DNA of 64,000 nt from the NCBI GenBank assembly GCA_964574295.1, contig CAZNLY010000011.1, positions 1,142-65,141 of the forward strand, written 5' to 3'. This DNA is from an uncultured Gemmatimonadaceae bacterium (lineage in GTDB: Bacteria > Gemmatimonadota > Gemmatimonadetes > Gemmatimonadales > GWC2-71-9). Position numbers and translations under genes: made by a program. A model generated the notes under the pieces. The model saw nothing but the letters and a program-made list of their open reading frames with translations. It was not told where the DNA came from and did no database searches. Of this stretch, positions 9,430-19,187 are shown piece by piece. Numbering within the stretch: the first letter of the stretch is position 1; every line of letters begins with the position of its first letter.

Positions 9430-10571
9430 TCGGAGGGGCGCTCCCGCACCGGCTTGCCGCGCATGCGCCCGATGTTGATCAGGATGCCGGTGGCGACGAG
9501 GGAGATGACCAGGCTCGATCGCCCGTAGGACATGAACGGGAGGGTGAGGCCGGTGGTCGGCATCAGCGCCAGGGAGACGGCCATATGCATGACCGCCGTG
9601 ATGCCCACCGCGGCGGTGATTCCCACCGCCAGGAACTGCCCGAAGGGATCCGGCGCGCTCCGCGCGATCCGGAAGCCCAGCCAGAGGAAGAGCCCGAAGA
9701 GCGCCACCACGAGGACGACGCCCAGGAACCCCCACTCCTCGCCGATGGTGCTGAAGAGGAAGTCGGAGTAGGCGTACGGGAGGAAGAGCTTCTGCTGGCC
9801 CTCGCCGAACCCGACGCCGACCAGTCGCCCCGAGCCGATGCCGACGAGCGACTGATGGATCTGCATGCCGGCGGCGTCGCTCGCGTCGCCCGGATTGAGG
9901 AAGGTGGCGAGGCGGGCGGCGCGGTATTGGGCCGCCTGGATCTTTTCGTACACCAGGAAGAGCGCGCCGAAGGCGAGCACCATGAAGTGTCCGATCTTGG
10001 CGCCGGCCGAGAAGAGCACGGTCATCCCGATGAGGGCCACCAGCGTCGCCATCGAGAGGTTGGGCTGGAGGAAGATCAGCACCGACACCGTCCCGATGCC
10101 CACGAGAAACGGGAGGACCCCTTTCTTGAACTCGCGCACCTGCGGGCCCTTCTTGGCGGCGAGCATTGCGCACCAGACGACCACGGTGAGCCGGGCGAGT
10201 TCCGACGGCTGGAATCGCACCGCGCCCAGGTCCACCCACCGTCGTGCCCCGTTGATCGATGGGGCATACCGGGCGAGTCCCGGCAGGACGGGGACCAGCA
10301 GCGCGGCGATCGTGAGGATCAGGAGGGGCCAGGCCAGCCGTCGCCAGAGGTGATAGTCGAGGCGGGAGACCGCGCTCATCGCGAGGAGCCCGAAGAGCGC
10401 GCCGATCAGCTGGCGGAGCGCGAACCCGGTCCCGCCGCCGCCGGGGGTCTGGAGGCTCAGGGCGCCGTAGGCGTTGGCGATGCCGAAGACCACGAGCGTG
10501 GCGGTAACCACCGCGAGCAGGCGGGTTTCCCAGCGCAGCTCGCCGGGATGCCGGGCGGTCGGGGCGGTCAG
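9426..10571 (-). CDS. ftsW: SEDS peptidoglycan polymerase FtsW
   Basis: NGARRW, FQPSELA, QPNLS, SDFLFSTIGEEWG, GLTLPFMSYG; start uncertain (CTG 10571 overlapping the murD stop, or GTG 10511). Confidence 0.93.
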   Translation of the reverse strand: MTAPTARHPGELRWETRLLAVVTATLVVFGIANAYGALSLQTPGGGGTGFALRQLIGALFGLLAMSAVSRLDYHLWRRLAWPLLILTIAALLVPVLPGLARYAPSINGARRWVDLGAVRFQPSELARLTVVVWCAMLAAKKGPQVREFKKGVLPFLVGIGTVSVLIFLQPNLSMATLVALIGMTVLFSAGAKIGHFMVLAFGALFLVYEKIQAAQYRAARLATFLNPGDASDAAGMQIHQSLVGIGSGRLVGVGFGEGQQKLFLPYAYSDFLFSTIGEEWGFLGVVLVVALFGLFLWLGFRIARSAPDPFGQFLAVGITAAVGITAVMHMAVSLALMPTTGLTLPFMSYGRSSLVISLVATGILINIGRMRGKPVRERPSE

Positions 10572-11917
10572 AACGCCTCCACCGCCGCGCGGAACTGGCC
10601 TCCGCGGTCCTCGTAATTGCGGAACATGTCATAGCTCGAGCAGGCCGGCGAGAGCAGGACGGCGTCTCCCGGCACGGTGAGCGCGCGCGCGCGGGCCAGC
10701 ACGTCCGGAAAGCTGCCGCCCCGTTCGATCCGCACCGCCCCAGCCAGGTCCGCCGCCACCTGCGGTCCCGCCTCGCCGTAGGCCACGACCGCCTTGCAAC
10801 CCCGCGCCAGCCGCGGGGCGAGCCTGGTGTAGGGCTCTCCCTTGTGCCGGCCGCCGAGGAGGAGGACATACGGCCGGTCGAGCGCGTCGAGCGCCACCTC
10901 GGTCGAGGCGATGTTCGTGGCCTTGCTGTCGTTGATCCAGAGCACCCCGCCCACTTCACGGACCGGCTCGAGCCGGTGTGCCAGCGCGCGGAAGGAGCGG
11001 AGCCCTTTGGCCAGCGCCTCGACACGCACTCCGGCCACCTCCGCGGCGAGGGCGGCCGCCAGCGCGTTCGCGACGTTGTGGTCGCCGAGGAGGAGGAGGT
11101 CCCGGCGCGGAAGGAGCTGCGCCGTCCCGAGGCGGAGCACGCCGGCATCCCGGTCGTACCATCCGTCCGCGGGGGCCGAGGTCGAGAATTGCCGGTGCGT
11201 CCCGGATGCCCCCGCCGCCATCCGCTGCACCTCCGCATCGTCGGCGTTCGTGATCCACACCGAGTCGGGCGCGGCGTTGCGGAACAGCCGCGCCTTGTCG
11301 GCGTAGTAGTCCGCCAGGGTCGGGTAGCGGTCGAGGTGGTCGGGCGAGAGGTTGGTGAGGACGCCCGCGGCCGGCGCCAGCGTCGGCATGTCGTGCAGCT
11401 GGAAGGAGGAGAGCTCCGCGGCGATCCACTCCGGGGGCTCCGCCTCCAGGGCCACCTCCGTGAGCGGCTTGCCGATGTTGCCCGCCGCGACCGCCCGGCG
11501 GCCGCCGGCCAGCAGCAGGTGGGCGGTGAGCGCCGTGGTGGTGGTCTTTCCGTTGGTTCCGGTGATGGCCAGGACACGCGACCGCGGCAGGCAGCGGAGC
11601 CCGAGTTCCGCCTCGGCGAGCACCTCGCCCCCACCCTCCCGGGCCGCGGCCAGCGGCGGCGCCCCGGGCGGAATGCCCGGCGAGACGATCGTGGCAACCG
11701 CGGCGCGGATGCGGGCCAGGTCGTGGCGACCGACGTCGACCGCGGCGCCGTCGGTCAGGAGCGCCGCCCCCTCGGCCTCGAGCGTGGCGCCCTTCCCCGC
11801 GTCCGAGGCGTACACCGCAATCCCCTGCCCTCGAAGGAGGCGGGTGGCTGCCACGCCGCTCCGGCCGAGGCCGACCACCGCCACCTCGCGGCCGGCGCCG
11901 CGCCAGGCGTCGAGCAT
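10568..11917 (-). CDS. murD: UDP-MurNAc-L-Ala--D-glutamate ligase
   Basis: VVGLGRSG, ITGTNGKTTTT, ELSSFQL, NDSKATN, LSPACSSYDMF; ATG 11917. Confidence 0.97.
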   Translation of the reverse strand: MLDAWRGAGREVAVVGLGRSGVAATRLLRGQGIAVYASDAGKGATLEAEGAALLTDGAAVDVGRHDLARIRAAVATIVSPGIPPGAPPLAAAREGGGEVLAEAELGLRCLPRSRVLAITGTNGKTTTTALTAHLLLAGGRRAVAAGNIGKPLTEVALEAEPPEWIAAELSSFQLHDMPTLAPAAGVLTNLSPDHLDRYPTLADYYADKARLFRNAAPDSVWITNADDAEVQRMAAGASGTHRQFSTSAPADGWYDRDAGVLRLGTAQLLPRRDLLLLGDHNVANALAAALAAEVAGVRVEALAKGLRSFRALAHRLEPVREVGGVLWINDSKATNIASTEVALDALDRPYVLLLGGRHKGEPYTRLAPRLARGCKAVVAYGEAGPQVAADLAGAVRIERGGSFPDVLARARALTVPGDAVLLSPACSSYDMFRNYEDRGGQFRAAVEAF

Positions 11918-13044
11918 CAGCGCACCTTGAGCGTCGTGAGGGCCACCAGCGCGCAGAGGATGCCGAGGATCCAGAACCTCGTGACCACCGTTGTCTCCGC
12001 CCACCCCAGCTTCTCGAAGTGATGATGGAGCGGCGCCATGCGGAACACCTTGTGGGCGTCGGCGAACTCGCGGCCCCGCGTCCGGCGGTGCCAGCGGTAC
12101 ACCGAGGTCTGCAGGAGGACCGACACCGCCTCGGCCACGAACACGCCGCCGATGAGCACCAGCAGGAACTCCGCCTTGAGCAGGATGGCCACGGTGCCGA
12201 AGGCGCCGCCGATGGCCAGGCTCCCGGTGTCGCCCATGAACACCTCGGCGGGGTGCGCGTTGAACCAGAGGAAGCCCAGCGCCGCTCCCATCAACGCCGC
12301 GCAGAACACCGCCAGCTCCCCCGCCCCGGGGAGGTAGATGAGGTTCAGGTAGGAGGTGAAGTCCACCCGGCCGAAGAGGTAGGCAAAGGCGGCGAAGGCC
12401 GCCGCCGCGATGGCGGTGAGCCCCGTCGCCAAGCCGTCGAGCCCGTCGGTCAGGTTCACGGCGTTGCTCCACGCCGTGATGACGAACACCACGAAGGCCA
12501 CGAAGAGCAGCGGCGCGAAGTTGACCACGAGGTACTTGAAGAACGGCACGGTGGTGGCCGTGGCGGGAATGACGGACGGCGGCACCACGGGGAAGAAGAG
12601 CAGGTAGAGCCCCAGCGCCAGGCCGAAGCTGCACTGCCCCGCCAGCTTCCACTTGGCCACCAGTCCGCGGGACTTGCCCTGCACGATCTTGAGGTAGTCG
12701 TCGAGGAACCCGATCGAGCCCATCCAGATGGTGGCGATCGAGGCGACGATCACCATCCGGTTGTCGATCCGGGCCCAGAGGAGCGTCGGGATGATCGTGG
12801 CGAGGAGGATCACGAGCCCGCCCATCGTGGGCGTGCCACGCTTTCCCTGGTGGCTGGCCGGCCCCTCCGCGCGGATGACCTGGCCGATCTTCCTGGCGCG
12901 GAGCCGCCGGATGACGGCCGGCCCGACCAGGAACGACAGGATGAGTGCCGTCACGCCGGCGCCCGCCGCCCGGAACGCGATGTAGTTGAACAGGTTGAAG
13001 AGGATGAACTGCTTGCCGAGGGGAGCGAGCCAGAAGTAGAACAT
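11917..13044 (-). CDS. mraY: Phospho-MurNAc-pentapeptide transferase
   Basis: [46 protein letters not shown]. Confidence 0.99.
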   Translation of the reverse strand: MFYFWLAPLGKQFILFNLFNYIAFRAAGAGVTALILSFLVGPAVIRRLRARKIGQVIRAEGPASHQGKRGTPTMGGLVILLATIIPTLLWARIDNRMVIVASIATIWMGSIGFLDDYLKIVQGKSRGLVAKWKLAGQCSFGLALGLYLLFFPVVPPSVIPATATTVPFFKYLVVNFAPLLFVAFVVFVITAWSNAVNLTDGLDGLATGLTAIAAAAFAAFAYLFGRVDFTSYLNLIYLPGAGELAVFCAALMGAALGFLWFNAHPAEVFMGDTGSLAIGGAFGTVAILLKAEFLLVLIGGVFVAEAVSVLLQTSVYRWHRRTRGREFADAHKVFRMAPLHHHFEKLGWAETTVVTRFWILGILCALVALTTLKVR

Positions 13045-13050
13045 CGGGCC

Positions 13051-14403
13051 TCAGGATCCGTGGGCGGCGCGGGGGGTCAACGCCGGAATAATACGTTCGA
13101 GCGCCACGCCGCGGGACGCCTTGAGCACCACGAGCTCCCCGCCCAGCAGCCGCTCGGCCAGGCCCGCGCCCAGGGCGGGCACATCGGGCGCGGTGAGGAG
13201 TCGCTTGCCCAGCGCCGCCGCGAAGGGCTCCAGCGCCGGGACGAACTCCCCGACCGCCGCCAGCAGGTCCGGCCTGAGCGCCACGAGGTCACGGGCCACC
13301 GCGGCGTGCAGCGCCGCCGATTCGGGGCCCAGCTCGCGCATCGTTCCCGCCACGAAGACCAGCCGCCGGGCGCCCCGCATTGCCTGGGCGGTGGCGATGA
13401 CCGCGCGGAACGAGCCCGGGTTGGCGTTGTAGCAGTCGTTGAGGATGGTGAGCCCGCCCGCCTCGATCACCTGCCCCCGTCCCCCCGGCACCTCGAGCAG
13501 TTCGAGCGCCCGTGCCACAGCCCGCGGATCCAACCCGAGATGCACGGCCACGCCCCAGGTCAGCATCGCGTTGGTGGCCAGGTGCCGCCCCGGAAGCGGC
13601 AGGGTGAACCGCGCGGTGCCGACATCAACCGTGGCCCGGCCCGCCGCGTCGAGGGTGACGGACTCGGGTCGGAGCTCGACGTTCTCGAGGCCGGCCGTCA
13701 CCACCCGGCGCGCCCGCTTGCGCGCTCCCGCCGCGAGCGCCGGCGGGTCACCACCCACCACCGCCAGTCCCACGCCATCGACGAGCGAGAGCTTCTCCTC
13801 CAGCACCCCCTCCAGTGAGCCGAACCCCTCGAGGTGCCCGTGCGACACGTTGGTGACCACGGCCACCGTCGGTTCGATGATGCGGCGGTAGCGCCCGATT
13901 TCGCCCGGCACGCTCGCGCCGGCCTCGATGACCAGCGCCTCGGTGTCGGCCGGGGCCTCGAGGATGGTGAGCGGCACCCCGATGAGGTTGTTCAGGTTGG
14001 CCCGCGTCGCGTGGACCCGGTACCGCGTCCGGAGCGCCGCGGCGAGCATCTCCTTGGTGCTCGTCTTCCCGTTGGTGCCGGTCACCGCGATCACCGGCCC
14101 CGTGATCTCGCGCCGCCGCGCCCGGGCCAGCCAGCCCAGCGCCTCCACGGTGTCGCCCACCGGAAAGAGCTCGAGCCCGGCTACCGGCGGTGTCCCTTCA
14201 CGCACCACCGCGCCCGTCGCCCCCCGCGCCGCGGCCTCGCCCAGGTGGGCGTGCCCGTCGAACCGCTCGCCCGCGATCGCCACGAAGAGCGCGCCGGGCA
14301 CGAGCGTCCGGGTGTCGGTGGAGACCTCCGTGAACTCCCGGCCCGGCGCTCCGACCGCCGGCAGGCCGAGGGCATCCCGGACGCTGGCGCTCGTCCACTT
14401 CAC
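13051..14403 (-). CDS. murF: UDP-MurNAc-tripeptide--D-Ala-D-Ala ligase
   Basis: TDTR, VTGTNGKTSTKEM, NLNNLIGVPLT, DCYNANP, KASRG. Confidence 0.97.
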   Translation of the reverse strand: MKWTSASVRDALGLPAVGAPGREFTEVSTDTRTLVPGALFVAIAGERFDGHAHLGEAAARGATGAVVREGTPPVAGLELFPVGDTVEALGWLARARRREITGPVIAVTGTNGKTSTKEMLAAALRTRYRVHATRANLNNLIGVPLTILEAPADTEALVIEAGASVPGEIGRYRRIIEPTVAVVTNVSHGHLEGFGSLEGVLEEKLSLVDGVGLAVVGGDPPALAAGARKRARRVVTAGLENVELRPESVTLDAAGRATVDVGTARFTLPLPGRHLATNAMLTWGVAVHLGLDPRAVARALELLEVPGGRGQVIEAGGLTILNDCYNANPGSFRAVIATAQAMRGARRLVFVAGTMRELGPESAALHAAVARDLVALRPDLLAAVGEFVPALEPFAAALGKRLLTAPDVPALGAGLAERLLGGELVVLKASRGVALERIIPALTPRAAHGS

Positions 14404-15854
14404 GCGCGCCCCCCGAGTACCTGCTGCACGATGGCCCGCTCATCGAAGGGATGCTTGGTGGTCCCCACGATCTGGTAGGTCTCGTGCCCCTTGCCGGCGA
14501 GGAGGAGGGTGTCCCCCGGACCCGCGATCTCGAGGGCGCGGTGGATTGCCTCCTCCCGGTCGGCAATCCGCAGGTGGTGCGCACCGCCCATCCCCGACTC
14601 CATGTCGTCCATGATCCGTTCCGGGTCCTCGGTGCGGGGATTGTCCGAGGTGATGACGACCAGGTCGGCGTTCTCCACCGCGATCCGCGCCATCTCCGGC
14701 CGCTTGGTGCGGTCGCGGTCGCCGCCGCACCCGAAGAGGAGGATGAGACGGCCCGGCGTCAGGGGGCGCAGGGTGGCCAGGACGCGAATGAACGCGTCGG
14801 GGGTGTGGGCATAGTCGCGAAGCACCACCATCGGGCGATCGGCAAGCCGCTCCATCCGCCCTGGCACCTGGGGTGACTCGGCCAGCCGCGCCACGACCTC
14901 CTCCCGGGACAGGCCGAGGACCAGCCCGCACGCCGCCGCCGCGAGGGCGTTGGACACATTGAAGCTGCCCATCAGCGGAATGCGCACCTCCGCGGTGCCG
15001 AACCGTCCGGCCAGGCGGAAGCCGCTGCCGCCCGCCTCGAGCGTCACGTCCTCCGCGCGCACATCGGCGTCGGGGGATTCGCCGAAGGTGACGCGCCGCG
15101 GGAAGGGGGGCATCGCCCCCCAGGCCGGGTCGTCCGCATTCACGACCTCCCACCCCTCCGGCCCCAGCAGCCCGCTCAGCTTCAGCTTCGCGGCGAGGTA
15201 GTGCTCCATCGTGCGGTGGTAGTCGAGATGCTCGTGCGTCAAGTTGGTATAGATGCCCGCGGCAAACCCCAGCCCGTCCAGGCGGCCCTGATCGAGGCTG
15301 TGGGAGGACGTCTCCATCGCCACGTGGGTGACCCCGCGGTCGCGAAGGGCGGCGAACGTCGCGTGCAGGTCTACCGGCCCCGGCGTGGTCAGGCTCCCGG
15401 CGGTGGAGGGGACGCGCTCCCCTGCGCCGTCGAAGGCGCCAAGGGTGCCGATGCTCCCCGCCGTGCCGCGCGCATTGAAGAGGTGGCGGACGAGGCCGGT
15501 GGTGGTTGTCTTCCCGTTGGTGCCCGTGATGCCGATGAGCGTGAGGGCCGCGGCCGGGTCGCCGTACCAGCGGCGGGCGGCCACGATGGCGCCCCGCCGG
15601 CCGTCGCGCACCACGATCTCGGGCACCCCCGCCGCCATCGGCTCCTCGACCATCACCGCCGCGGCCCCGAGCCGCACCGCATCCGCAACGAACGTGTGCC
15701 CGTCCACCGTGGTTCCGCGTACGGCGCAGAACAGGGCGCCCCGGCTCAGCGAGCGGGTGTCGAGGCCAACGCCCGTCAGGTCCACCGCGCCATCGGGCGC
15801 GCGGACCAGGAGGCCTTCGCGGCGAAGGCCCTGGATCAGGTCATTCCATTCCAC
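14400..15854 (-). CDS. murE: UDP-MurNAc-dipeptide--meso-DAP ligase
   Basis: ITGTNGKTTT, METSSH, DYAHTPD, GCGGDRD, DNPR (DAP-type specificity motif), GKGHETYQ. Confidence 0.98.
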   Translation of the reverse strand: MEWNDLIQGLRREGLLVRAPDGAVDLTGVGLDTRSLSRGALFCAVRGTTVDGHTFVADAVRLGAAAVMVEEPMAAGVPEIVVRDGRRGAIVAARRWYGDPAAALTLIGITGTNGKTTTTGLVRHLFNARGTAGSIGTLGAFDGAGERVPSTAGSLTTPGPVDLHATFAALRDRGVTHVAMETSSHSLDQGRLDGLGFAAGIYTNLTHEHLDYHRTMEHYLAAKLKLSGLLGPEGWEVVNADDPAWGAMPPFPRRVTFGESPDADVRAEDVTLEAGGSGFRLAGRFGTAEVRIPLMGSFNVSNALAAAACGLVLGLSREEVVARLAESPQVPGRMERLADRPMVVLRDYAHTPDAFIRVLATLRPLTPGRLILLFGCGGDRDRTKRPEMARIAVENADLVVITSDNPRTEDPERIMDDMESGMGGAHHLRIADREEAIHRALEIAGPGDTLLLAGKGHETYQIVGTTKHPFDERAIVQQVLGGRA

Positions 15855-15858
15855 GCAT

Positions 15859-17814
15859 TCACTCCACGATCAGTTGCACGACGGCCCCGGGCGCCACGCT
15901 GGCGCCGGCGGCCGGGATGGACTGTGCCACGATGCCCGTGCCACGGACATTCACCTCGAGCCCCTTCCGATGCAGCGCGAGGGCCGCCGCGCGAACCGGG
16001 AGCCCGGCCACCCCCGGGACGGTCACCGAATCGGGGGCCGGGCGCGTGGATGGCAGCGGCCACGGGAGGGCGGCCCGGGGAGTCGCTTCGGCCTGGGTGG
16101 GGCCGGCGCGCCGGGCGGTGCCACCGCCCTCGGGAGCGCCGGGCCCGACCATGCGGGCCCTGTCGATGGCCACCTTCCGCGCGGCGAGCGCCTGCTCGAG
16201 CATCGTCCGCACGACGGGGGCGGCCACGTCCCCACCGTAGATGCCCCCCTCCGTCGGCGAGTCGATCTTGACCACGACCACCAGCTGCGGATCGTCAGCC
16301 GGAAAGAACGCGGCGAAGGAGGCGACGTACTCGTCGACGTACCGGCCGTTCCTCACCTTGCGGGCGGTGCCGGTCTTGCCGGCCACGCCATACGTCCCCA
16401 CCTGGGCGCGCGCACCGGTCCCGCCGCGCCCGCTGGCGCCGCGCAGGTAGTCGCGGAGCGTGGCCGCCACAGCCGGCGAGACCGCCCGGCGCACCGGCTC
16501 CGGCTGGTGCCGGTAGAGCACCGTTCCGTCGGGGGCGCGCACCTCGCGGACCAGCGTCGGCATGAGGAGGACGCCGTCGTTCGCAATCGCCCCGTAGGCG
16601 CTCGCCAGCTGCAGCGCCGTCACCTCGAAGTAATAGCCCATGGCCACGCTCACCCGGCTCAGCTCGGGCTGCCATGCCTCGGGGCGATGGACGACCCCCC
16701 GGCTCTCCGACGGCAGCTCCACGCCGGTCGGCGCGCCGAAGCCGAAGTCGCGCAGCTGCTGGTACTGCTCCTCCGGCGACAGCCGGTCGGAAAACTTCGC
16801 CATCGCGATGTTGCTCGAGACCTCGATGGCCTGCGCGAGCGTCAGCATCCCGTCGGTCGCGTGGACGTCCGGGATGACTCGCGTGCGCCCGTTCGGGAGC
16901 GGCATTTCCCACGTGCCGCCCTCGCCGCTCACGGCGTCGGTCGGGTCGACCCGCTCCAGCATGAGGAGCGCCGCCGCCGTGAAGAGCTTGGCGGTGGATC
17001 CCGGCTCGAACGGCTCGGTGAAGGCCATCAGGTCGGGCTGGCCGTCCTTCTGCGACGCGACCGCGAGAAGCTCGCCGGTGCGGGGATCGAGGATGACGAT
17101 GTCGCCGCCGCTCGCGCCGAACTCCTCGACCGTCTCCGCCAGGCTCTCCTCCGCGATGTCCTGCAGGTCCGCATCGATGGTCAGCACCACGTCGTACCCC
17201 GCCACCGGCTCCCGCCGGAGCCGGCCCGGCGACTCATACCGGCGCCCGCGGCGGTCCTTGAGGACCACCTCTTCGCCCGGCGCGCCGGTGACCAGCGAAT
17301 CCAGCGCGCGCTCGAGCCCGGACGCGGCCGCTCCATCGGGGCCGACCCGGCCGACCACCCGCCCCGCCAGTCGCTGCGAGGGGTAGGTCCGCAGGTACAC
17401 CGCCTCGAGGTGCACCCCCTTGAACCGCCGCAGCGGCTCGACGTCCGTGGCGGTGTAGGGCCCATAGAAGTAGAGGTACGACTTGCCGGCGGCGAAGCGC
17501 CGCTTGAGCTCGGCCGCGGAGACCTCGAGCTGGGCCGCCGCGGTGCGGATGAGCGCCGCCCGCTCGGTTACCTCGTTCGGGGCGATCCCCACGCGATAGG
17601 ATTCCTGCGTGACCGCCAGCGTCAGGCCGTTCCGGTCGTAGAGGGTGCCGCGCCGGGCCGGAAGGCTCCGAACCTCGGTCCGGCTCCGCGAGGCCTCCGC
17701 GGCGTACTCGCCGCCGTCCAGCAGCTGCACCTGCGCGGCACGCACGACCACCGCGAGGAGGCCCACCCCGAGCAGCACCTCCAGCAGGCCGATCCGCGCC
17801 TGGAAGCGGGCCAT
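15859..17814 (-). CDS. ftsI: Class B PBP (FtsI) with C-terminal PASTA domain
   Basis: RRGTLYDRNG dimerisation domain; STAK, SSN, KTG catalytic motifs; VPGVAGLPV...QSIPAAG PASTA-like tail. Confidence 0.95.
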   Translation of the reverse strand: MARFQARIGLLEVLLGVGLLAVVVRAAQVQLLDGGEYAAEASRSRTEVRSLPARRGTLYDRNGLTLAVTQESYRVGIAPNEVTERAALIRTAAAQLEVSAAELKRRFAAGKSYLYFYGPYTATDVEPLRRFKGVHLEAVYLRTYPSQRLAGRVVGRVGPDGAAASGLERALDSLVTGAPGEEVVLKDRRGRRYESPGRLRREPVAGYDVVLTIDADLQDIAEESLAETVEEFGASGGDIVILDPRTGELLAVASQKDGQPDLMAFTEPFEPGSTAKLFTAAALLMLERVDPTDAVSGEGGTWEMPLPNGRTRVIPDVHATDGMLTLAQAIEVSSNIAMAKFSDRLSPEEQYQQLRDFGFGAPTGVELPSESRGVVHRPEAWQPELSRVSVAMGYYFEVTALQLASAYGAIANDGVLLMPTLVREVRAPDGTVLYRHQPEPVRRAVSPAVAATLRDYLRGASGRGGTGARAQVGTYGVAGKTGTARKVRNGRYVDEYVASFAAFFPADDPQLVVVVKIDSPTEGGIYGGDVAAPVVRTMLEQALAARKVAIDRARMVGPGAPEGGGTARRAGPTQAEATPRAALPWPLPSTRPAPDSVTVPGVAGLPVRAAALALHRKGLEVNVRGTGIVAQSIPAAGASVAPGAVVQLIVE

Positions 17815-18101
17815 CAGCGCCCCGCCGGCGCCAGCGGCAATGGCGCCTGCTCGGAGTCGCGGGGGAAGTGCAACCCGAGGCGATCCTGCGCGATGCGCCC
17901 AAGGACCGGCCGGCTCGAGGCCTCACGAATCCGCCGCTCCAGGTCGGCCTGCCGCGCCTCGAGAGTGGCCCGCTCCTGCCGGAGTGCCGCCACCCGCCGG
18001 GCCATGCGGTAGGCCGCCGTCTGCCGCACCTGCACCACGGTGGCCACCCCGAGGAAGAGCGCCAGCCAGAGCATGACCCAATGCCGGCCCTTAAGCGTCA
18101 T
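17814..18101 (-). CDS. ftsL: Cell division protein FtsL (putative)
   Basis: Short TM plus coiled coil, IAQDRLGLHFP tail; located between rsmH and ftsI; ATG 18101. Confidence 0.75.
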   Translation of the reverse strand: MTLKGRHWVMLWLALFLGVATVVQVRQTAAYRMARRVAALRQERATLEARQADLERRIREASSRPVLGRIAQDRLGLHFPRDSEQAPLPLAPAGR

Positions 18102-18999
18102 CGGCAACCTGGAAGGCACGGAGGCGGGCGCTCCGCGCGCGGGGATTGGAGGCGATTTCGTCCGGTGATGGTACGGCGGCCTTGCGGGTCAGCAGGCGGC
18201 CCAACGGGCGCCCGCGGCAGGTGCACACCGGCTGCGCCGGAGGACAGATGCACGAGGCCGCCCACTCGCGAAAGGCACGCTTCACGACCCGGTCTTCGCC
18301 CGAATGATAACTGATCACCGCCAGCGTTCCCCCCGGGGTGAGGGCATCCCGGAGCGCCGGCAGCGCGGTCCCGAGCCCCTCCAGCTCATCGTTGACCGCG
18401 ATCCGGAGCGCCTGGAAGAGGCGGGCAAAGTCGCCCGGCCCCGAGCGCGGCCCGAGGACCTGGCGGATGGCGTTGACGAAGTCGTCGCTCGTGGCAAACG
18501 GAACCCGCGCACGGCGCCGCTCCACCTCGGCGGCGAGCCGACGCGCCCGCGGCTCGTCGGCGTAGTCGGCGAACCATCGGGCCAGCTCGGTGGCGGGCGC
18601 GGTGTTGAGCAGGTCGGCGGCCGTGGCCCCCTCCCGCCCCATCCGCATGTCGAGGGGTGCGCCCCGCCGGAAGGTGAAGCCGAGCTGCTCGTCGTCCAGC
18701 TGCCGGGAGGAGACACCGAGGTCGAGCAGGATGCAGTCGGGCCTGAAGGCGACGACGGCGGCGAGCGCCTCGGGCGAGGCGAAGGGCGCGTGCACCGTGC
18801 GGAGGCGCCGGCCCTCGAGCCGCTCCGCCGCGCGTTGGATCGCGGCCGGGTCCCGATCGATGCCGAGCACCTCCGCGCCGGCGGCAAGGAACGCCTCGGC
18901 GTGGCCGCCGTCGCCCAGTGTGCAGTCCGCCACGCGCCGCGCCGCGCCGGCGAGGGCTCGGACGGCATCGAGCAGCACGGGCGCGTGGCGGTCGGTCAC
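18091..18999 (-). CDS. rsmH: 16S rRNA m4C1402 methyltransferase
   Basis: HAPVLL, DCTLGDGGHA, LDLGVSS, PLDMRM, ISYHSGEDR, NPRARSA; GTG 18999 after GGAAGG. Confidence 0.97.
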   Translation of the reverse strand: MTDRHAPVLLDAVRALAGAARRVADCTLGDGGHAEAFLAAGAEVLGIDRDPAAIQRAAERLEGRRLRTVHAPFASPEALAAVVAFRPDCILLDLGVSSRQLDDEQLGFTFRRGAPLDMRMGREGATAADLLNTAPATELARWFADYADEPRARRLAAEVERRRARVPFATSDDFVNAIRQVLGPRSGPGDFARLFQALRIAVNDELEGLGTALPALRDALTPGGTLAVISYHSGEDRVVKRAFREWAASCICPPAQPVCTCRGRPLGRLLTRKAAVPSPDEIASNPRARSARLRAFQVADDA

Positions 19000-19022
19000 G
19001 ATCCTTCCGGGGTGAAAGCGAA

Positions 19023-19050
19023 CACCCCGTCCGCTGGCGCGAACGGGGTG
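19023..19050 (-). terminator. GC hairpin downstream of tRNA-Asp (possible weak terminator or processing signal)
   Basis: CACCCCGT / ACGGGGTG 8-bp inverted repeat followed on the minus strand by TTCGCTTTC (poor U tract). Confidence 0.35.
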
Positions 19051-19066
19051 CCGGATGATCCGGGAG

Positions 19067-19141
19067 CGGGGCTGACGGGGCTCGAACCCGCGACCTCCGC
19101 AGTGACAGTGCGGCACTCTAACCAAGCTGAGCTACAGCCCC
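19067..19141 (-). tRNA. tRNA-Asp(GTC), CCA not encoded
   Basis: GGGGCTG/CAGCCCC acceptor stem, D arm GCTCAGCTTGGTTAGAGT, anticodon arm CCGCA-CTGTCAC-TGCGG, T loop GGTTCGAGCC. Confidence 0.97.
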
Positions 19142-19155
19142 CGGTGCAGCGCACC

Positions 19156-19161
19156 ATTATA
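19156..19161 (-). promoter_or_regulatory. Perfect -10 box (TATAAT) for tRNA-Asp
   Basis: TATAAT 14 nt upstream of the tRNA 5' end in a very GC-rich background; no clear -35. Confidence 0.7.
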
Positions 19162-19187
19162 AACGGGGGCTGTCCTTCATGGTAGCC

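Noticed and set aside
8341-11697. Apparent giant or fused ORFs in the track (murG 1118 aa, ftsA 624 aa, tilS 825 aa, yggS 587 aa, DnaA-like 878 aa, mglA 349 aa, mglB 520 aa)
   Set aside because: The N-terminal extensions are out-of-frame read-through of upstream genes. Real starts sit at stop/start overlaps or SD sites.
3814-18999. Absence of murB and ddl from the dcw cluster
   Set aside because: These genes are commonly relocated, so their absence here is not informative without the rest of the genome.
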